A stretch of DNA of 24,000 nucleotides from Oceanococcus sp. (lineage in GTDB: Bacteria; Pseudomonadota; Gammaproteobacteria; Nevskiales; Oceanococcaceae), in contig JASBUL010000098.1 in NCBI GenBank assembly GCA_030147945.1, positions 632 through 24,631 on the forward strand. The letters are read 5' to 3'. The stretch's first letter is position 1. Each line of letters opens with the position of its first letter. Made by a program: the position numbers and the translations under genes. This document shows, piece after piece, positions 1 through 9,216 of the stretch. Under the pieces are notes generated by a model. That model was not told the DNA's origin, did no database searches, and saw only the letters and a program-made list of their open reading frames with translations.

Positions 1-163
1 CCAGCGCCTTGAGGCGCGGGTCCGGCACATTGACCACCCCCACGTTCGGGTCGATGGTGCAGAACGGATAGTTCTCGGCGGCAATGCCGGCCTTGGTCAA
101 AGCATTGAACAGTGTCGATTTGCCGACGTTGGGCAAACCCACGATGCCGCACTGAATGGCCAT
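1..163 (-). CDS. ychF: Ribosome-binding ATPase YchF (GTP-binding protein), N-terminal fragment cut by the window edge
   Basis: Not in the ORF track because it has no stop in the window. Reverse-complement translation from the ATG at 163-161 gives [54 protein letters not shown]. This has the P-loop GLPNVGKST and a typical YchF N-terminus. The position downstream of pth matches the conserved pth-ychF order. Confidence 0.9.
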   Translation of the reverse strand, partial: MAIQCGIVGLPNVGKSTLFNALTKAGIAAENYPFCTIDPNVGVVNVPDPRLKAL

Positions 164-183
164 GCGCGTATGTTCCTAGATCA

Positions 184-762
184 TCAATTTGAAGAGTGCA
201 GCCGATTGACGGCGTAATCCCAGCCCCGCTCAAGCCAGTCGTCGATTGCACGACAGCCGGCATCCACGGCCTGGTCCAAAGCCCGTGCATCCGCCTTGCC
301 CGGCGCTGACAGCACATAACCCAGGACCTGTTCGCGATCACCGGGGTGCCCCACACCGATACGCAGACGCGCGAACTCGCGACCGATGCAACGAATCGTG
401 TCCTTGAGCCCGTTGTGCCCGCCCGGCCCGCCACCACGCTTGAGACGCGCCGTACCGGCCGGCAGATCCAGCTCATCATGCACGACCAGAATCTGCTCGG
501 GTTGCAGCTTGTAGAAATCCATCAGCGCACGCACCGCCCGACCGCTGACGTTCATGAATGTCATGGGCATGAGCAGATGAACAGGCTGATTGCGGATGCT
601 GACCTGCGCATGCAGCCCGTGCAGACGGCTGACCGACTTGGCGCTGGCGTGGTTTTCACGCAACAGCTGCTCAATTAGCCAAAACCCGGCGTTATGCCGG
701 GTTTTGGTGTACTTCTCGCCAGGATTTCCCAGCCCGACGATGGCCTTGAGTTCGGCCGCCAT
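184..762 (-). CDS. pth: Peptidyl-tRNA hydrolase
   Basis: 192 aa ORF starting MAAELKAIVGLGNPGEKYTKTRHNAGFW, with HDELDLPAG and GHNGLKD blocks typical of Pth. ATG at 762-760. Sits in the conserved rplY-pth-ychF order. Confidence 0.95.
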   Translation of the reverse strand: MAAELKAIVGLGNPGEKYTKTRHNAGFWLIEQLLRENHASAKSVSRLHGLHAQVSIRNQPVHLLMPMTFMNVSGRAVRALMDFYKLQPEQILVVHDELDLPAGTARLKRGGGPGGHNGLKDTIRCIGREFARLRIGVGHPGDREQVLGYVLSAPGKADARALDQAVDAGCRAIDDWLERGWDYAVNRLHSSN

Positions 763-768
763 CGGGAA

Positions 769-1404
769 TCAATCCTCGGCGCTGTCTTCGCCAGCTTCGC
801 CTTCGGCCTCGTCCTCGTCGGTTTCCACAGCTGCACGCGGCAGGTGGGCGACGGCAACGCCAGCGTCATCACCACCGTGCTCGAGCACGGCCAGTTTGAC
901 GCCCTTGGGCAGCTTGATGTCGGACAGGTGGACCGTGTGGTCGATTTCCAGCGCAGCCAGATCAACCTCGATGAACTCCGGCAGATCTTTGGGCAGGACC
1001 AGGATTTCGACTTCAGTGGCCAGATGCTCGACCACACCACCCTGCTTACCAGCCGGTGAGGCACCTTCGTTGATGAAGTGCAGCGGCACATTCATGCGCA
1101 GTTCCTGACCGGCGACCACGCGCTGGAAATCGGCGTGCAGAATCTGTGCTTTGGCCGGATGGCGCTGCAGATCCTTGAGCACCGCCTGATCTTCGCCAGC
1201 AGCGTGCTTGATGGTCAGAATGTGCGAGAAAAACGCTTCATGCAGCAGGTGGTGGTTCAGCTCGTTGGCATCAACCTGCAGGTTCAGCGGTTCGCCCTTG
1301 CCACCGTAAAGGATGGCCGGGACCTTACCCTCACGACGCAGGCGGCGGCTCGCACCCTTCCCTTGCGCTGTACGGGCTTCAGCGTTAACGATGAAATCTT
1401 CCAT
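769..1404 (-). CDS. rplY: 50S ribosomal protein L25 / general stress protein Ctc (long form with acidic C-terminal tail)
   Basis: The ORF track gives 769..1461. The likely start is the internal ATG at 1404-1402 (MEDFIVNAEARTAQGKGASRRLRREGKVPAILYGG), preceded by AGGGA. It carries the L25/Ctc N-terminal signature and an acidic tail ETDEDEAEGEAGEDSAED. Confidence 0.9.
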   Translation of the reverse strand: MEDFIVNAEARTAQGKGASRRLRREGKVPAILYGGKGEPLNLQVDANELNHHLLHEAFFSHILTIKHAAGEDQAVLKDLQRHPAKAQILHADFQRVVAGQELRMNVPLHFINEGASPAGKQGGVVEHLATEVEILVLPKDLPEFIEVDLAALEIDHTVHLSDIKLPKGVKLAVLEHGGDDAGVAVAHLPRAAVETDEDEAEGEAGEDSAED

Positions 1405-1493
1405 TTTCGTATTCCCTAGAGACGATAAACCCGTCAGCTCGCGACCAAGCATGACGGGCATGAATACACCCGACGAGCGGGTGCGAATCCACC

Positions 1494-1523
1494 ATTTTAC
1501 CGAATGGCGCGCAGCAACAGCAA
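1494..1523 (-). promoter_or_regulatory. Candidate sigma70-type promoter for rplY-pth-ychF
   Basis: On the minus strand: TTGCTG (1523-1518), an 18-nt spacer, then TAAAAT (1499-1494). It lies in the 144-nt gap between the prs stop and the rplY start. This is a sequence match only. Confidence 0.3.
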
Positions 1524-1548
1524 TATGCGCAGCCGATTCAGTGAAAAA

Positions 1549-2514
1549 TCAGTCGACGTAGAGTGAGCTGACCGACTCTTCGTTGCTCACGCGGCGGATG
1601 GTTTCCGCCAGCAACGCGGCCGTGTCCAGGCTGCGAATCTTGCTGCAGCCGCGTGCTGCATCATTGAGCGGAATGGTGTCGGTCACCACCAGCTCGTCCA
1701 ACACCGAACCGGAGATGTTTTCGATCGCCGGGCCGGACAGCACGGCATGCGTCACATAGGCCACAACTTTGGCCGCGCCATGATCCTTGAGAGCCTGAGC
1801 GGCCTGGCACAGGGTGCCGGCGGTATCGACAAGGTCATCAATCATCACGCAGGTCTTGCCCTGCACATCACCGATGATGTTCATCACCTGAGCCACATTG
1901 GCTTTGGGGCGACGCTTGTCAATGATCGCCAGATCGGCGTCATCCAGACGCTTGGCCAGCGCCCGTGCACGCACCACGCCACCAACGTCCGGTGACACCA
2001 CAATCAGGTTATCGTGCTTCTGTCGCCACAGATCAGAGAGCAGCACCGGTGAGGCATAGACGTTGTCGACCGGCACCTGGAAGAAGCCCTGAATCTGTTC
2101 GGCATGCAGATCCACCGTGAGCACGCGATTGGCGCCCGCAGCACAGACCATATCGGCGACCAGCTTGGCGGTGATCGGCACCCGCGTGGAACGGGTGCGG
2201 CGATCTTGTCGGGCATAGCCGAAATACGGAATCACGGCGGTGATGCGACCCGCTGAAGCGCGACGCAATGCATCCATCATGGCCAGCAGCTCCATCAGGT
2301 TGTCATTGGTCGGCGCACAGGTCGACTGGATCACGAAGACATCGCGACCACGCACGTTCTCTTCGATCTCGACCATGACCTCGCCGTCACTGAAGCGTCC
2401 GACACTGGCCTTGCCCAAGGACTGATTGAGCTGTTTGGCGATGGACTTGGCGAGTTCCGGGCAGGCATTGCCCGCGAACAGCATCAGGGAAGGTGTGTCA
2501 GTCAATTCCGTCAT
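1549..2514 (-). CDS. prs: Ribose-phosphate pyrophosphokinase (PRPP synthetase)
   Basis: ORF 1549..2535. The likely ATG is at 2514-2512 ([29 protein letters not shown]...). It contains [13 protein letters not shown], and the PRPP-binding loop [12 protein letters not shown]. The longer start at 2535 is a TTG only 3 nt from the tRNA end. Confidence 0.94.
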   Translation of the reverse strand: MTELTDTPSLMLFAGNACPELAKSIAKQLNQSLGKASVGRFSDGEVMVEIEENVRGRDVFVIQSTCAPTNDNLMELLAMMDALRRASAGRITAVIPYFGYARQDRRTRSTRVPITAKLVADMVCAAGANRVLTVDLHAEQIQGFFQVPVDNVYASPVLLSDLWRQKHDNLIVVSPDVGGVVRARALAKRLDDADLAIIDKRRPKANVAQVMNIIGDVQGKTCVMIDDLVDTAGTLCQAAQALKDHGAAKVVAYVTHAVLSGPAIENISGSVLDELVVTDTIPLNDAARGCSKIRSLDTAALLAETIRRVSNEESVSSLYVD

Positions 2515-2538
2515 GGCGGCGCGATGAAGTGGCAAATA

Positions 2539-2613
2539 TGGCTGGGGTGGTAGGATTCGAACCTACGGTACACGGGATCAAAACCCGCTGCCTTACCACT
2601 TGGCTACACCCCA
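2539..2613 (-). tRNA. tRNA-Gln (anticodon UUG), CCA encoded
   Basis: The reverse complement reads TGGGGTG TA GCC AAGTGGTAA GGC A GCGGG TTTTGAT CCCGT GTACC GTAGG TTCGAAT CCTAC CACCCCA G CCA. I folded the full cloverleaf by hand: 7-bp acceptor stem, TTCGAAT T-loop, anticodon loop with TTG at positions 34-36, discriminator G. It closely resembles E. coli tRNA-Gln. Confidence 0.92.
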
Positions 2614-3482
2614 GTTCTCAATCCGTACGCCATTGTCTGCAATGGCGACTGATTCAGGCCCTGCGCCACGAAGACGTGCCAATCACGCGGCATTTGCGAG
2701 GCAACATGCAAAGCCTGATCACGCGTTTCGCACGGCAGGAATACACTTGCCCCGGTGCCGCTCATCCGCGCCGCCCCGAAGCGGGACAGGCTGTCATGCG
2801 CACGGCGCACCGCCGGGTATCGGCTTGCCACCACCGGCCAGCAGTCGTTGCCAACAGGTGCCGTGTGCGCAAGCAAGTCGGAAATTGTCAGCGGCGGGGT
2901 ATCTCTTGTCAATTCCGGCGCTGCGAAGATCTCGCCGGTCGGCACATGACAGTCCGGTGTAACCACGCAAAACCAGGGCTCCGGCAAACGAATCGGCGTC
3001 AGGTCTTCGCCCACGCCCTCGGCGAATGCGCTGCGCCCGCGCACGAACACCGGCACATCGGCCCCCAGACTCAAACCCATTTCGGCCAGAGTGTCCTCAC
3101 TCAAACCGACCTTCCACAGCAGGTTGAGCGCGACCAGACAGGTCGCAGCGTCGCTGCTGCCGCCGCCCAGACCACCGCCCATGGGTATGCGTTTGATGCA
3201 ATGGATGTCGACGCCACGCGGCACCGTCATGCGCGCCTGCAACAGCCGTGCTGCACGCACGCACAGATTGTCCTCGGCATCGACCCCCGGCAGAGCATCG
3301 TGGAGCACCACCTGCGCGTCATCGCGCATCACAAAATCCAGCTCATCACCGAAATCAAGGATCTGGAACAGGGTTTGCAGATTGTGACGCCCGTCCGCCC
3401 GTCGCCCGAGCACATGCAGGAACAAGTTCAGCTTGGCCGGGGCCGGCCAGCGCGCATGCGCACCCAGGCCACCGTGCTTCAA
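2604..3482 (-). CDS. ispE: 4-diphosphocytidyl-2-C-methyl-D-erythritol kinase (MEP pathway)
   Basis: ORF 2604..3611 contains WPAPAKLNLFLHVLGRRADGRH and the GHMP-kinase motif IPMGGGLGGGSSDAA. The lolB stop is at 3529, so the real start is downstream of it. TTG at 3482-3480 is preceded by GGAGG with a 5-nt spacer. GTG at 3494 is the alternative. The 3' end and stop codon overlap tRNA-Gln. Confidence 0.88.
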   Translation of the reverse strand: MKHGGLGAHARWPAPAKLNLFLHVLGRRADGRHNLQTLFQILDFGDELDFVMRDDAQVVLHDALPGVDAEDNLCVRAARLLQARMTVPRGVDIHCIKRIPMGGGLGGGSSDAATCLVALNLLWKVGLSEDTLAEMGLSLGADVPVFVRGRSAFAEGVGEDLTPIRLPEPWFCVVTPDCHVPTGEIFAAPELTRDTPPLTISDLLAHTAPVGNDCWPVVASRYPAVRRAHDSLSRFGAARMSGTGASVFLPCETRDQALHVASQMPRDWHVFVAQGLNQSPLQTMAYGLRTGV

Positions 3483-3528
3483 GACAGCCTCCACACGGGC
3501 CCGGCGCTGGCCACCTGCAGAGCGCCGC

Positions 3529-4116
3529 TCAAAACGCCCATGACGAGACGTCAAATTGAAGATACCAGGGTGTGTTTTCCATGCGTATGGATTGCGGCAT
3601 GAGCACCCCATCCACGGCCTCGTAGTCGGCCAGATGAATCACCCAGCCGCTTTGCCGGATAGCGCTCAGATGCCCGGCCACATCGCGCTCCAGCTCGGCC
3701 GGTTCCTGCGGTGCCGGCAGGCCACGCACCCACCAACTGAGCGCAGCCAAGGGCACCACCAGCCCGGTGCGCTGGTAGATGTCCAGTTGCGGCGTGTGGC
3801 TCACCTCAGCGCTCTCGCCGTCATCGATGGTGACCTCATCCGGGGTGCCGCTGATACGCACGCCACCAAATCCGAATGGCCCACGCAGAAGCAGATCAAA
3901 GCGCTGCTCGTGCTGACGCCAACGCAGGCTGGCCCGTTGTTCGTCGGTCGTCAGGCGCGCTTTGAGGGTCCATTGTGACAGCCGGGCGCGCGCGCGCTCG
4001 GCTTGCGCGGCCAGCTGATCGGACGGGTTTGGCGCAGGCATCAGGCTGCACCCCGCCAGGCTGGCACCCGCCATCAACAGGGCGCAGCAGCGCAGCGGCA
4101 ATGAACGCATGATCAC
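3529..4116 (-). CDS. lolB: Outer-membrane lipoprotein LolB (lipoprotein insertion receptor)
   Basis: 195 aa with a signal peptide and lipobox (LMAGASLAGC). Size and position immediately upstream of ispE match the conserved lolB-ispE-prs order. The first codon at 4116 is GTG, and an ATG at 4110 is an equally plausible start. Confidence 0.8.
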   Translation of the reverse strand: MIMRSLPLRCCALLMAGASLAGCSLMPAPNPSDQLAAQAERARARLSQWTLKARLTTDEQRASLRWRQHEQRFDLLLRGPFGFGGVRISGTPDEVTIDDGESAEVSHTPQLDIYQRTGLVVPLAALSWWVRGLPAPQEPAELERDVAGHLSAIRQSGWVIHLADYEAVDGVLMPQSIRMENTPWYLQFDVSSWAF

Positions 4117-5841
4117 CTACAGTGCAGTGTCGAGACGCCGGACGGTATCCCGCAGTACACGGTGCCCCGGGTATTCGATCAGCGCCTCATTCCAGATCTC
4201 GCGAGCCCGCTCGTGCTCACCCTGTAGCCACAGCACCTCGCCCAGATGTGCTGCGACTTCGGGATCCTTGAGTTCGGACCAGGCGCGCTCCAGGTAGAGG
4301 CGCGCCTGCTCGACCTCGCCCTGACGGAACAGCACCCAGCCCAGCGAATCGATCACCGCCGGATCATCCGGCGTCAGCGCCAGCGCACGCCGGATCAGGG
4401 CTTCAGCCTCGGCATAGTCCTGCGCGTTGTTGCTCAGCATGTAGCCCAGGGCATTGAGCGCACGAGCATCATCCGGCGCATCCTCCACAATGGCCCGCAG
4501 ATCGGCCTCGGCCGCGTCGAATTCGCCCATACGTTCGTACACGATGGCGCGCCCGTAGAGCAGATCATGATCGTCCGGGTACTGGGCCAGACCCTGCTGG
4601 TACACGGTCAGCGCGGCGGCGTCTTCGTTGGCCCGGAACAGCAGCTCACCCTCGATCTGCCACAAGCGCAATTCCTGCTGAGGAAAGCGCGCGCGCAAGG
4701 TTTCCAGATAAGAGCGTGCCGCCGGCATATTGCCCTGACGGCTGATGATGACGGCCTGGCGTACGGCGGCATCAATGACCCGGCGCCCGTCTCGCACCTC
4801 GCGGTAAAACTGCATGGCCCGCAGCACATCGCCACGTTCCTCGGCGATGCGCCCGAGATAGTAGGAGGTATCGGACAAACGTTCGCCACGATTCTGCAGC
4901 CGGGTAAAGCGCTTCTCCGCCGCTGCGTAGTCACCCAGATCCATTTCAATCAAACCCAGGGCATACAAGGCCGAAGCGTTGTCAGCATCGATTTTCAGCG
5001 CATTGCCAAACTCGCGCCGCGCCATATCGATCTGTTCGAACTCAAGCAGCAAGGAACCCAACGACAGGCGCAACTCGAGGTTCTTGGGATCGGCCACATG
5101 CATGTCACGGATCAGCTGCTCGGCAGCCACCTGATCGCCAGCCTGCAGCTGCAAACGCAGGCCCAGCAGCTGAGCCGGTCGCCACTCGGGGCGCAGCGCC
5201 AACGCGTCGGAAACCGCCGCGCGCGCGACATCCTGTTCATCCACGCGGTAGGCCAGCAGCCCCCGCGCATAGGCCCGCGCGGCACTGAGCGGCTGGTCAG
5301 CGGCAATCTGATCGAACAGCGCCAGGGCTTTGGGCGCGATCTCAGGCTCAAGCGAAAGAATCTCCGCCACACTGACCAGCGCGGCCTGCTCGTCATCCGC
5401 CCCGAGGCTGAGCAGGCGGCGCAGCAGCGTCACAGCGCGCGACTGGTCGCCCTCGCGCAGCGCCAGGCGCGCAGCAATCTCGTACGCCCCTGAATTCTCC
5501 GCATCCAGTTCAACCCAGCGCGCCGCCGCCCGATCGGCCAGCGCGGCATTCTCGGCCTGCAGGGCCAGCTGAGTGGCGCGCTGCGCCGTCAGCGGGTCAT
5601 TGCTCAGCGCGGCAGCACGTGCGTAATGCTCGGCTGCGGCATCACGCATGCCGCGCTGTGCGGCCAGCTCACCGGCCAGCACCGCAGCGCCCAGGTCAAC
5701 CTGCGGGTTTTCCGCCGAGGCCTGCCACAACTGATCGAACTGTGTTTCCAGCGGCGGCTCCGCCGGCTGCGAAGCGCAGCCCAGCAGCCCCAATGTGAGC
5801 CCCAGGGCAGGAATGATTGGTTTGATGATGATCAGCTTCAT
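4117..5841 (-). CDS. TPR-repeat lipoprotein of unknown function
   Basis: ORF 4117..5940. The likely start is ATG 5841-5839 (MKLIIIKPIIPALGLTLGLLGCASQP, lipobox LLGC). The body is repeated Ala/Leu/Tyr-rich 34-residue TPR-like units (e.g. ALYALGLIEMDLGDYAAAEKRF, ALNALGYMLS). The same position, between lolB and divergent hemA, holds a TPR protein in Pseudomonas. Confidence 0.8.
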   Translation of the reverse strand: MKLIIIKPIIPALGLTLGLLGCASQPAEPPLETQFDQLWQASAENPQVDLGAAVLAGELAAQRGMRDAAAEHYARAAALSNDPLTAQRATQLALQAENAALADRAAARWVELDAENSGAYEIAARLALREGDQSRAVTLLRRLLSLGADDEQAALVSVAEILSLEPEIAPKALALFDQIAADQPLSAARAYARGLLAYRVDEQDVARAAVSDALALRPEWRPAQLLGLRLQLQAGDQVAAEQLIRDMHVADPKNLELRLSLGSLLLEFEQIDMARREFGNALKIDADNASALYALGLIEMDLGDYAAAEKRFTRLQNRGERLSDTSYYLGRIAEERGDVLRAMQFYREVRDGRRVIDAAVRQAVIISRQGNMPAARSYLETLRARFPQQELRLWQIEGELLFRANEDAAALTVYQQGLAQYPDDHDLLYGRAIVYERMGEFDAAEADLRAIVEDAPDDARALNALGYMLSNNAQDYAEAEALIRRALALTPDDPAVIDSLGWVLFRQGEVEQARLYLERAWSELKDPEVAAHLGEVLWLQGEHERAREIWNEALIEYPGHRVLRDTVRRLDTAL

Positions 5842-6057
5842 TGATATGGGTTTCACCCGAATCCTGGTGCATGCACGATGCGTGTTGGCGCAACTTTTGC
5901 AAATCCATCCATGGACACGTTCGCCAAGCGCTTGTTCCAAAACCGGGCTTCACGGAAAATATCGTATTGCGCGCATTATCCACAATCCATCCCGGCCCAT
6001 GATGCTATCCATCGCCGGGCCCAGCCACGCGGCCACCTTCGCTTTTCGCGGAGCGTA
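5842..6057. promoter_or_regulatory. Divergent intergenic region expected to hold promoters for hemA (plus) and the TPR-lolB-ispE unit (minus)
   Basis: This 216-nt gap is the largest non-coding stretch in the window. On the plus strand TTGTTC-N17-GAAAAT is a possible hemA promoter, and GGAG lies 5 nt before the hemA ATG. No motif is strong enough for a firm call. Confidence 0.35.
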
Positions 6058-7311
6058 ATGTCCTTGTTCGCGCTGGGCCTCAACTACCACTCCGCGCCGC
6101 TGACGCTGCGTGAGCGAGTGGCCATCGCCACCGAGGCCCTGCCCCAGGCCCTTTCGGAAATCCGCGCCGTGCCCGGCATTTCTGAAGCCGCCATTCTGTC
6201 GACCTGCAACCGCACCGAGATCTTCACAGTCGGCGGCGCCGGCCCGCGGATCAGCTCATGGCTGAGCGAACGCGGGCGCATTTCGCCCCAGGAACTGAAC
6301 CCGCATCTGTTCAGCTACGACGAACAACGCGCGGTGCGACATGCCCTGCGGGTGGCTTCCGGGCTGGACTCGATGATTCTTGGCGAGCCGCAGATTCTGG
6401 GCCAGATGAAAGATGCATTTCGCATTGCGCGCGAGCACAACACGCTCGGACCGGTGCTGACACGCCTGTTCGAACACGCCTTTCATGTCGCCAAGGATGT
6501 ACGCACGCGCACTGAAATCGGCGCCCGCTCGGTCTCGGTGGCCTCAGCCGCGGCCAGCCTGACCGGTGAGATTTTCGCCAATCTCAAAGGCCGCGACGTC
6601 CTCGTCATCGGCGCCGGCGACACCGCCCGACTGGTCACCGAGCATCTCTACGCCATGGGCCAGCCGCGCATCACCGTGGCCAACCGCACCCCAGAGCGCG
6701 CACGTGCACTGGCCGAGCAATTCCGCGGTGCCAGCTGCGGACTGGATGGCATCGCCGCGCAGCTACCTCACGCCGACCTCATCGTCACCACCGTGGCCAC
6801 GGAACAGCGCCTGATCGACCACGCCATGGTCAAAGCCGCGTTCACCCAGCGTAAGCGCAAAGCGGTGCTGATGATCGACCTGGGCGTGCCACGCAACATC
6901 AGCCCGGATGTCAGCAACAACCCGGACGTCTACCTGTACACCGTGGATGATCTGCAAGCGGTGGCCGACGAAAACCGCCGCGCCCGCGAGGCGGCCGCCG
7001 ACTCGGCGCGCGACATCATCGAGTCCGGAACCCGTGAATTCATCGACTGGATGGCCCAGCGCGCCAATCATGATGCCATCCGCCGCCTGCGCACCCAGAC
7101 CGCTGAAATGGCCAAGCTGCAGCTTGAGCAGGCCCGCGCCCAACTGCGCCGGGGCGGCGACCCTGATCAGGTGCTCGAACGCCTGACCCACAATCTGACC
7201 CAGCAGTTTCTGCACCGTCCCAGCCTGAGCCTGCGCGAGCTCAAGGGTGACAAGCGGGATGCTCAGCTCAAATTGCTCAACGACCTGTTCCAGCTCGACG
7301 ACAAAGAATGA
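6058..7311 (+). CDS. hemA: Glutamyl-tRNA reductase
   Basis: ORF 5878..7311. The true start is probably ATG 6058 ([22 protein letters not shown]), preceded by GGAG. It contains STCNRTE (catalytic Cys) and the NAD(P)-binding [10 protein letters not shown] motif. Confidence 0.95.
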   Translation: MSLFALGLNYHSAPLTLRERVAIATEALPQALSEIRAVPGISEAAILSTCNRTEIFTVGGAGPRISSWLSERGRISPQELNPHLFSYDEQRAVRHALRVASGLDSMILGEPQILGQMKDAFRIAREHNTLGPVLTRLFEHAFHVAKDVRTRTEIGARSVSVASAAASLTGEIFANLKGRDVLVIGAGDTARLVTEHLYAMGQPRITVANRTPERARALAEQFRGASCGLDGIAAQLPHADLIVTTVATEQRLIDHAMVKAAFTQRKRKAVLMIDLGVPRNISPDVSNNPDVYLYTVDDLQAVADENRRAREAAADSARDIIESGTREFIDWMAQRANHDAIRRLRTQTAEMAKLQLEQARAQLRRGGDPDQVLERLTHNLTQQFLHRPSLSLRELKGDKRDAQLKLLNDLFQLDDKE

Positions 7312-8390
7312 ACCCTTCGCTGATACGCCGCCTTGAAGACCTGCAAAGCCGCTTCGAGGAGCTCGGCATGGAACTGTCCGACCCCGAAGTGATCGGCAAC
7401 CAGGACAAGTTTCGCAAGTTCTCACAGGAGTACGCCCAGCTTGAGCCGGTGATCGAAACCTTCAAGGGTTTTCGTGCAGGCGAGGATGAGCGCGCCAACC
7501 TCAAAGCCATGCTCAAGGAAGACGACGCCGAAATCCGCGAGATGGCCGAAGCCGAACTGGAAAGCCTGAGCGTTGCGCAGGAGGAGCGCGAGCAGGCCTT
7601 GCAGGTGCATTTGCTGCCGCGCGACCCGGCCGACGACAACAACATCTTTCTGGAAATCCGTGCCGGCACCGGCGGCGATGAAGCCGCCATTTTCGCCGGC
7701 AACCTGTTCGGCATGTACGAGCGCTACGCGGCGAGCCAGAACTGGCAAATCGAGGTACTGTCAGCCAGCGAAGGCGAACACGGCGGTTACAAGGAAATCA
7801 TCAGCCGCGTGGTTGGCCATGGCGCCTATTCCAGGCTCAAGTTCGAATCGGGCGCGCATCGCGTGCAACGCGTGCCGGAAACCGAATCACAAGGCCGCAT
7901 CCATACCTCGGCCTGCACCGTGGCCATCCTGCCGGAGATGGACGAGGTCGACGCGGTCGACATCGAAAGCAAGGATCTGCGCATCGACACCTACCGCGCA
8001 TCCGGCGCCGGCGGCCAGCATGTCAACAAGACTGACTCGGCGGTGCGTATCACGCACATCCCCAGCGGCATCGTGGTCGAGTGCCAGGACGAACGTTCGC
8101 AGCACAAGAACAGGGCCCGCGCTATGTCGCTGCTGGCCGCGCGCATGCTCGACATACAGCGCACCCAGCAAGCCTCTGAGCAAGCGGCCACGCGTAAGGC
8201 CCTGGTGGGCTCCGGCGACCGCTCCGAGCGCATTCGCACCTACAACTTCCCGCAGGGCCGGGTGACCGATCACCGCATCAACCTCACCCTGTACAAGCTC
8301 GACGCCATTATTGCCGGCGATCTGGACCCGCTGATTCAGCCGCTGATCGCCGAGCATCAGGCCGCGCAACTGGCCGAGCTGGGTGTCTGA
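7308..8390 (+). CDS. prfA: Peptide chain release factor 1
   Basis: 360 aa with the RF1 tripeptide PET ([16 protein letters not shown]) and the GGQ motif ([11 protein letters not shown]). ATGA overlap with the hemA stop. Confidence 0.97.
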   Translation: MNPSLIRRLEDLQSRFEELGMELSDPEVIGNQDKFRKFSQEYAQLEPVIETFKGFRAGEDERANLKAMLKEDDAEIREMAEAELESLSVAQEEREQALQVHLLPRDPADDNNIFLEIRAGTGGDEAAIFAGNLFGMYERYAASQNWQIEVLSASEGEHGGYKEIISRVVGHGAYSRLKFESGAHRVQRVPETESQGRIHTSACTVAILPEMDEVDAVDIESKDLRIDTYRASGAGGQHVNKTDSAVRITHIPSGIVVECQDERSQHKNRARAMSLLAARMLDIQRTQQASEQAATRKALVGSGDRSERIRTYNFPQGRVTDHRINLTLYKLDAIIAGDLDPLIQPLIAEHQAAQLAELGV

Positions 8391-9216
8391 AACCATCCGT
8401 CAGACCTTAGCGCGCGCCAGCGCGGCATTGGCCGAGGTTTCCGACAGCGCCCGCCTGGATGCCGAGTTGCTGCTGTGCCAGATCCTCAACTGCACACGCA
8501 GCCGCCTATTCAGCCACGCCGATGACACGCTCAACGCAGCGCAGGCGGCGCAGTATGCGGCCCTGCTTGCGCGCCGCCAGCATGGCGAACCGATGGCCTA
8601 CCTGCTTGGCCACCAGGAATTCTGGTCACTCAAACTGGCGGTTTCAGACGCTTGTCTGGTGCCACGTGCCGACACCGAATGCCTGGTGGACTGGGCCCTG
8701 AGCCTGCCGGGCGATGCGCTGCAGGTGCTCGATCTGGGCACCGGCAGTGGCGCCATCGCCATCGCGCTGGCCAGCGAAAGACCGGGCTGGCGCGTAAGCG
8801 CCAGCGACGCCAGCGCCGCAGCGCTGCACATCGCCCAACGCAATGCGCAAACCCACGAGGTTGCGGTGAGCTTCGCGCACGGCAACTGGTTTGAACCGCT
8901 GGCCGGCCAGCGTTTTGATCTGATTGTCAGCAACCCGCCCTACATTGCCGAGGGCGATGCCCATCTGGGCCATTTGCAGCACGAACCACAATCCGCGCTG
9001 ACCTCCGGTGCCGACGGCCTGGATGCGATCCGGCATATCGCCAGCCACGCCCCGGCACACCTGAATGCGGGCGCCCATATGGCGCTGGAACATGGCTATG
9101 ATCAGGCCCAGCGGGTGCGCGAGATCCTGTCTGCACAAGGTTTTCAGGCGATCACCACAGCTCAGGATCTGGCCGGCCGCGACCGCTACACCTACGCCCA
9201 ATGGAAAGGCGCATGA
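8383..9216 (+). CDS. prmC: Release-factor glutamine N5-methyltransferase PrmC (HemK)
   Basis: 277 aa with the SAM motif [16 protein letters not shown] and the catalytic NPPY (IVSNPPYI). GTG start at 8383 overlaps the prfA stop by 8 nt. Conserved prfA-prmC order. Confidence 0.93.
   Translation: MSETIRQTLARASAALAEVSDSARLDAELLLCQILNCTRSRLFSHADDTLNAAQAAQYAALLARRQHGEPMAYLLGHQEFWSLKLAVSDACLVPRADTECLVDWALSLPGDALQVLDLGTGSGAIAIALASERPGWRVSASDASAAALHIAQRNAQTHEVAVSFAHGNWFEPLAGQRFDLIVSNPPYIAEGDAHLGHLQHEPQSALTSGADGLDAIRHIASHAPAHLNAGAHMALEHGYDQAQRVREILSAQGFQAITTAQDLAGRDRYTYAQWKGA

Noticed and set aside
5878-6057. N-terminal extensions in the ORF track. Examples are hemA from 5878, the SBP from 12635, ATPases from 16368 and 17180, wrbA from 18439, rplY to 1461, the TPR protein to 5940 and ispE to 3611.
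   Set aside because: - The extensions overlap the neighbouring gene or the divergent intergenic region and have Arg/Pro-rich junk-like sequence.
- Internal starts give homologue-like N-termini, usually with a Shine-Dalgarno sequence or a stop-start overlap.
7308-8390. Possible programmed +1 frameshift in the release-factor gene.
   Set aside because: - The protein is RF1 (PET tripeptide), read as one uninterrupted 360-aa frame.
- The autoregulatory frameshift is a feature of prfB (RF2), not prfA.
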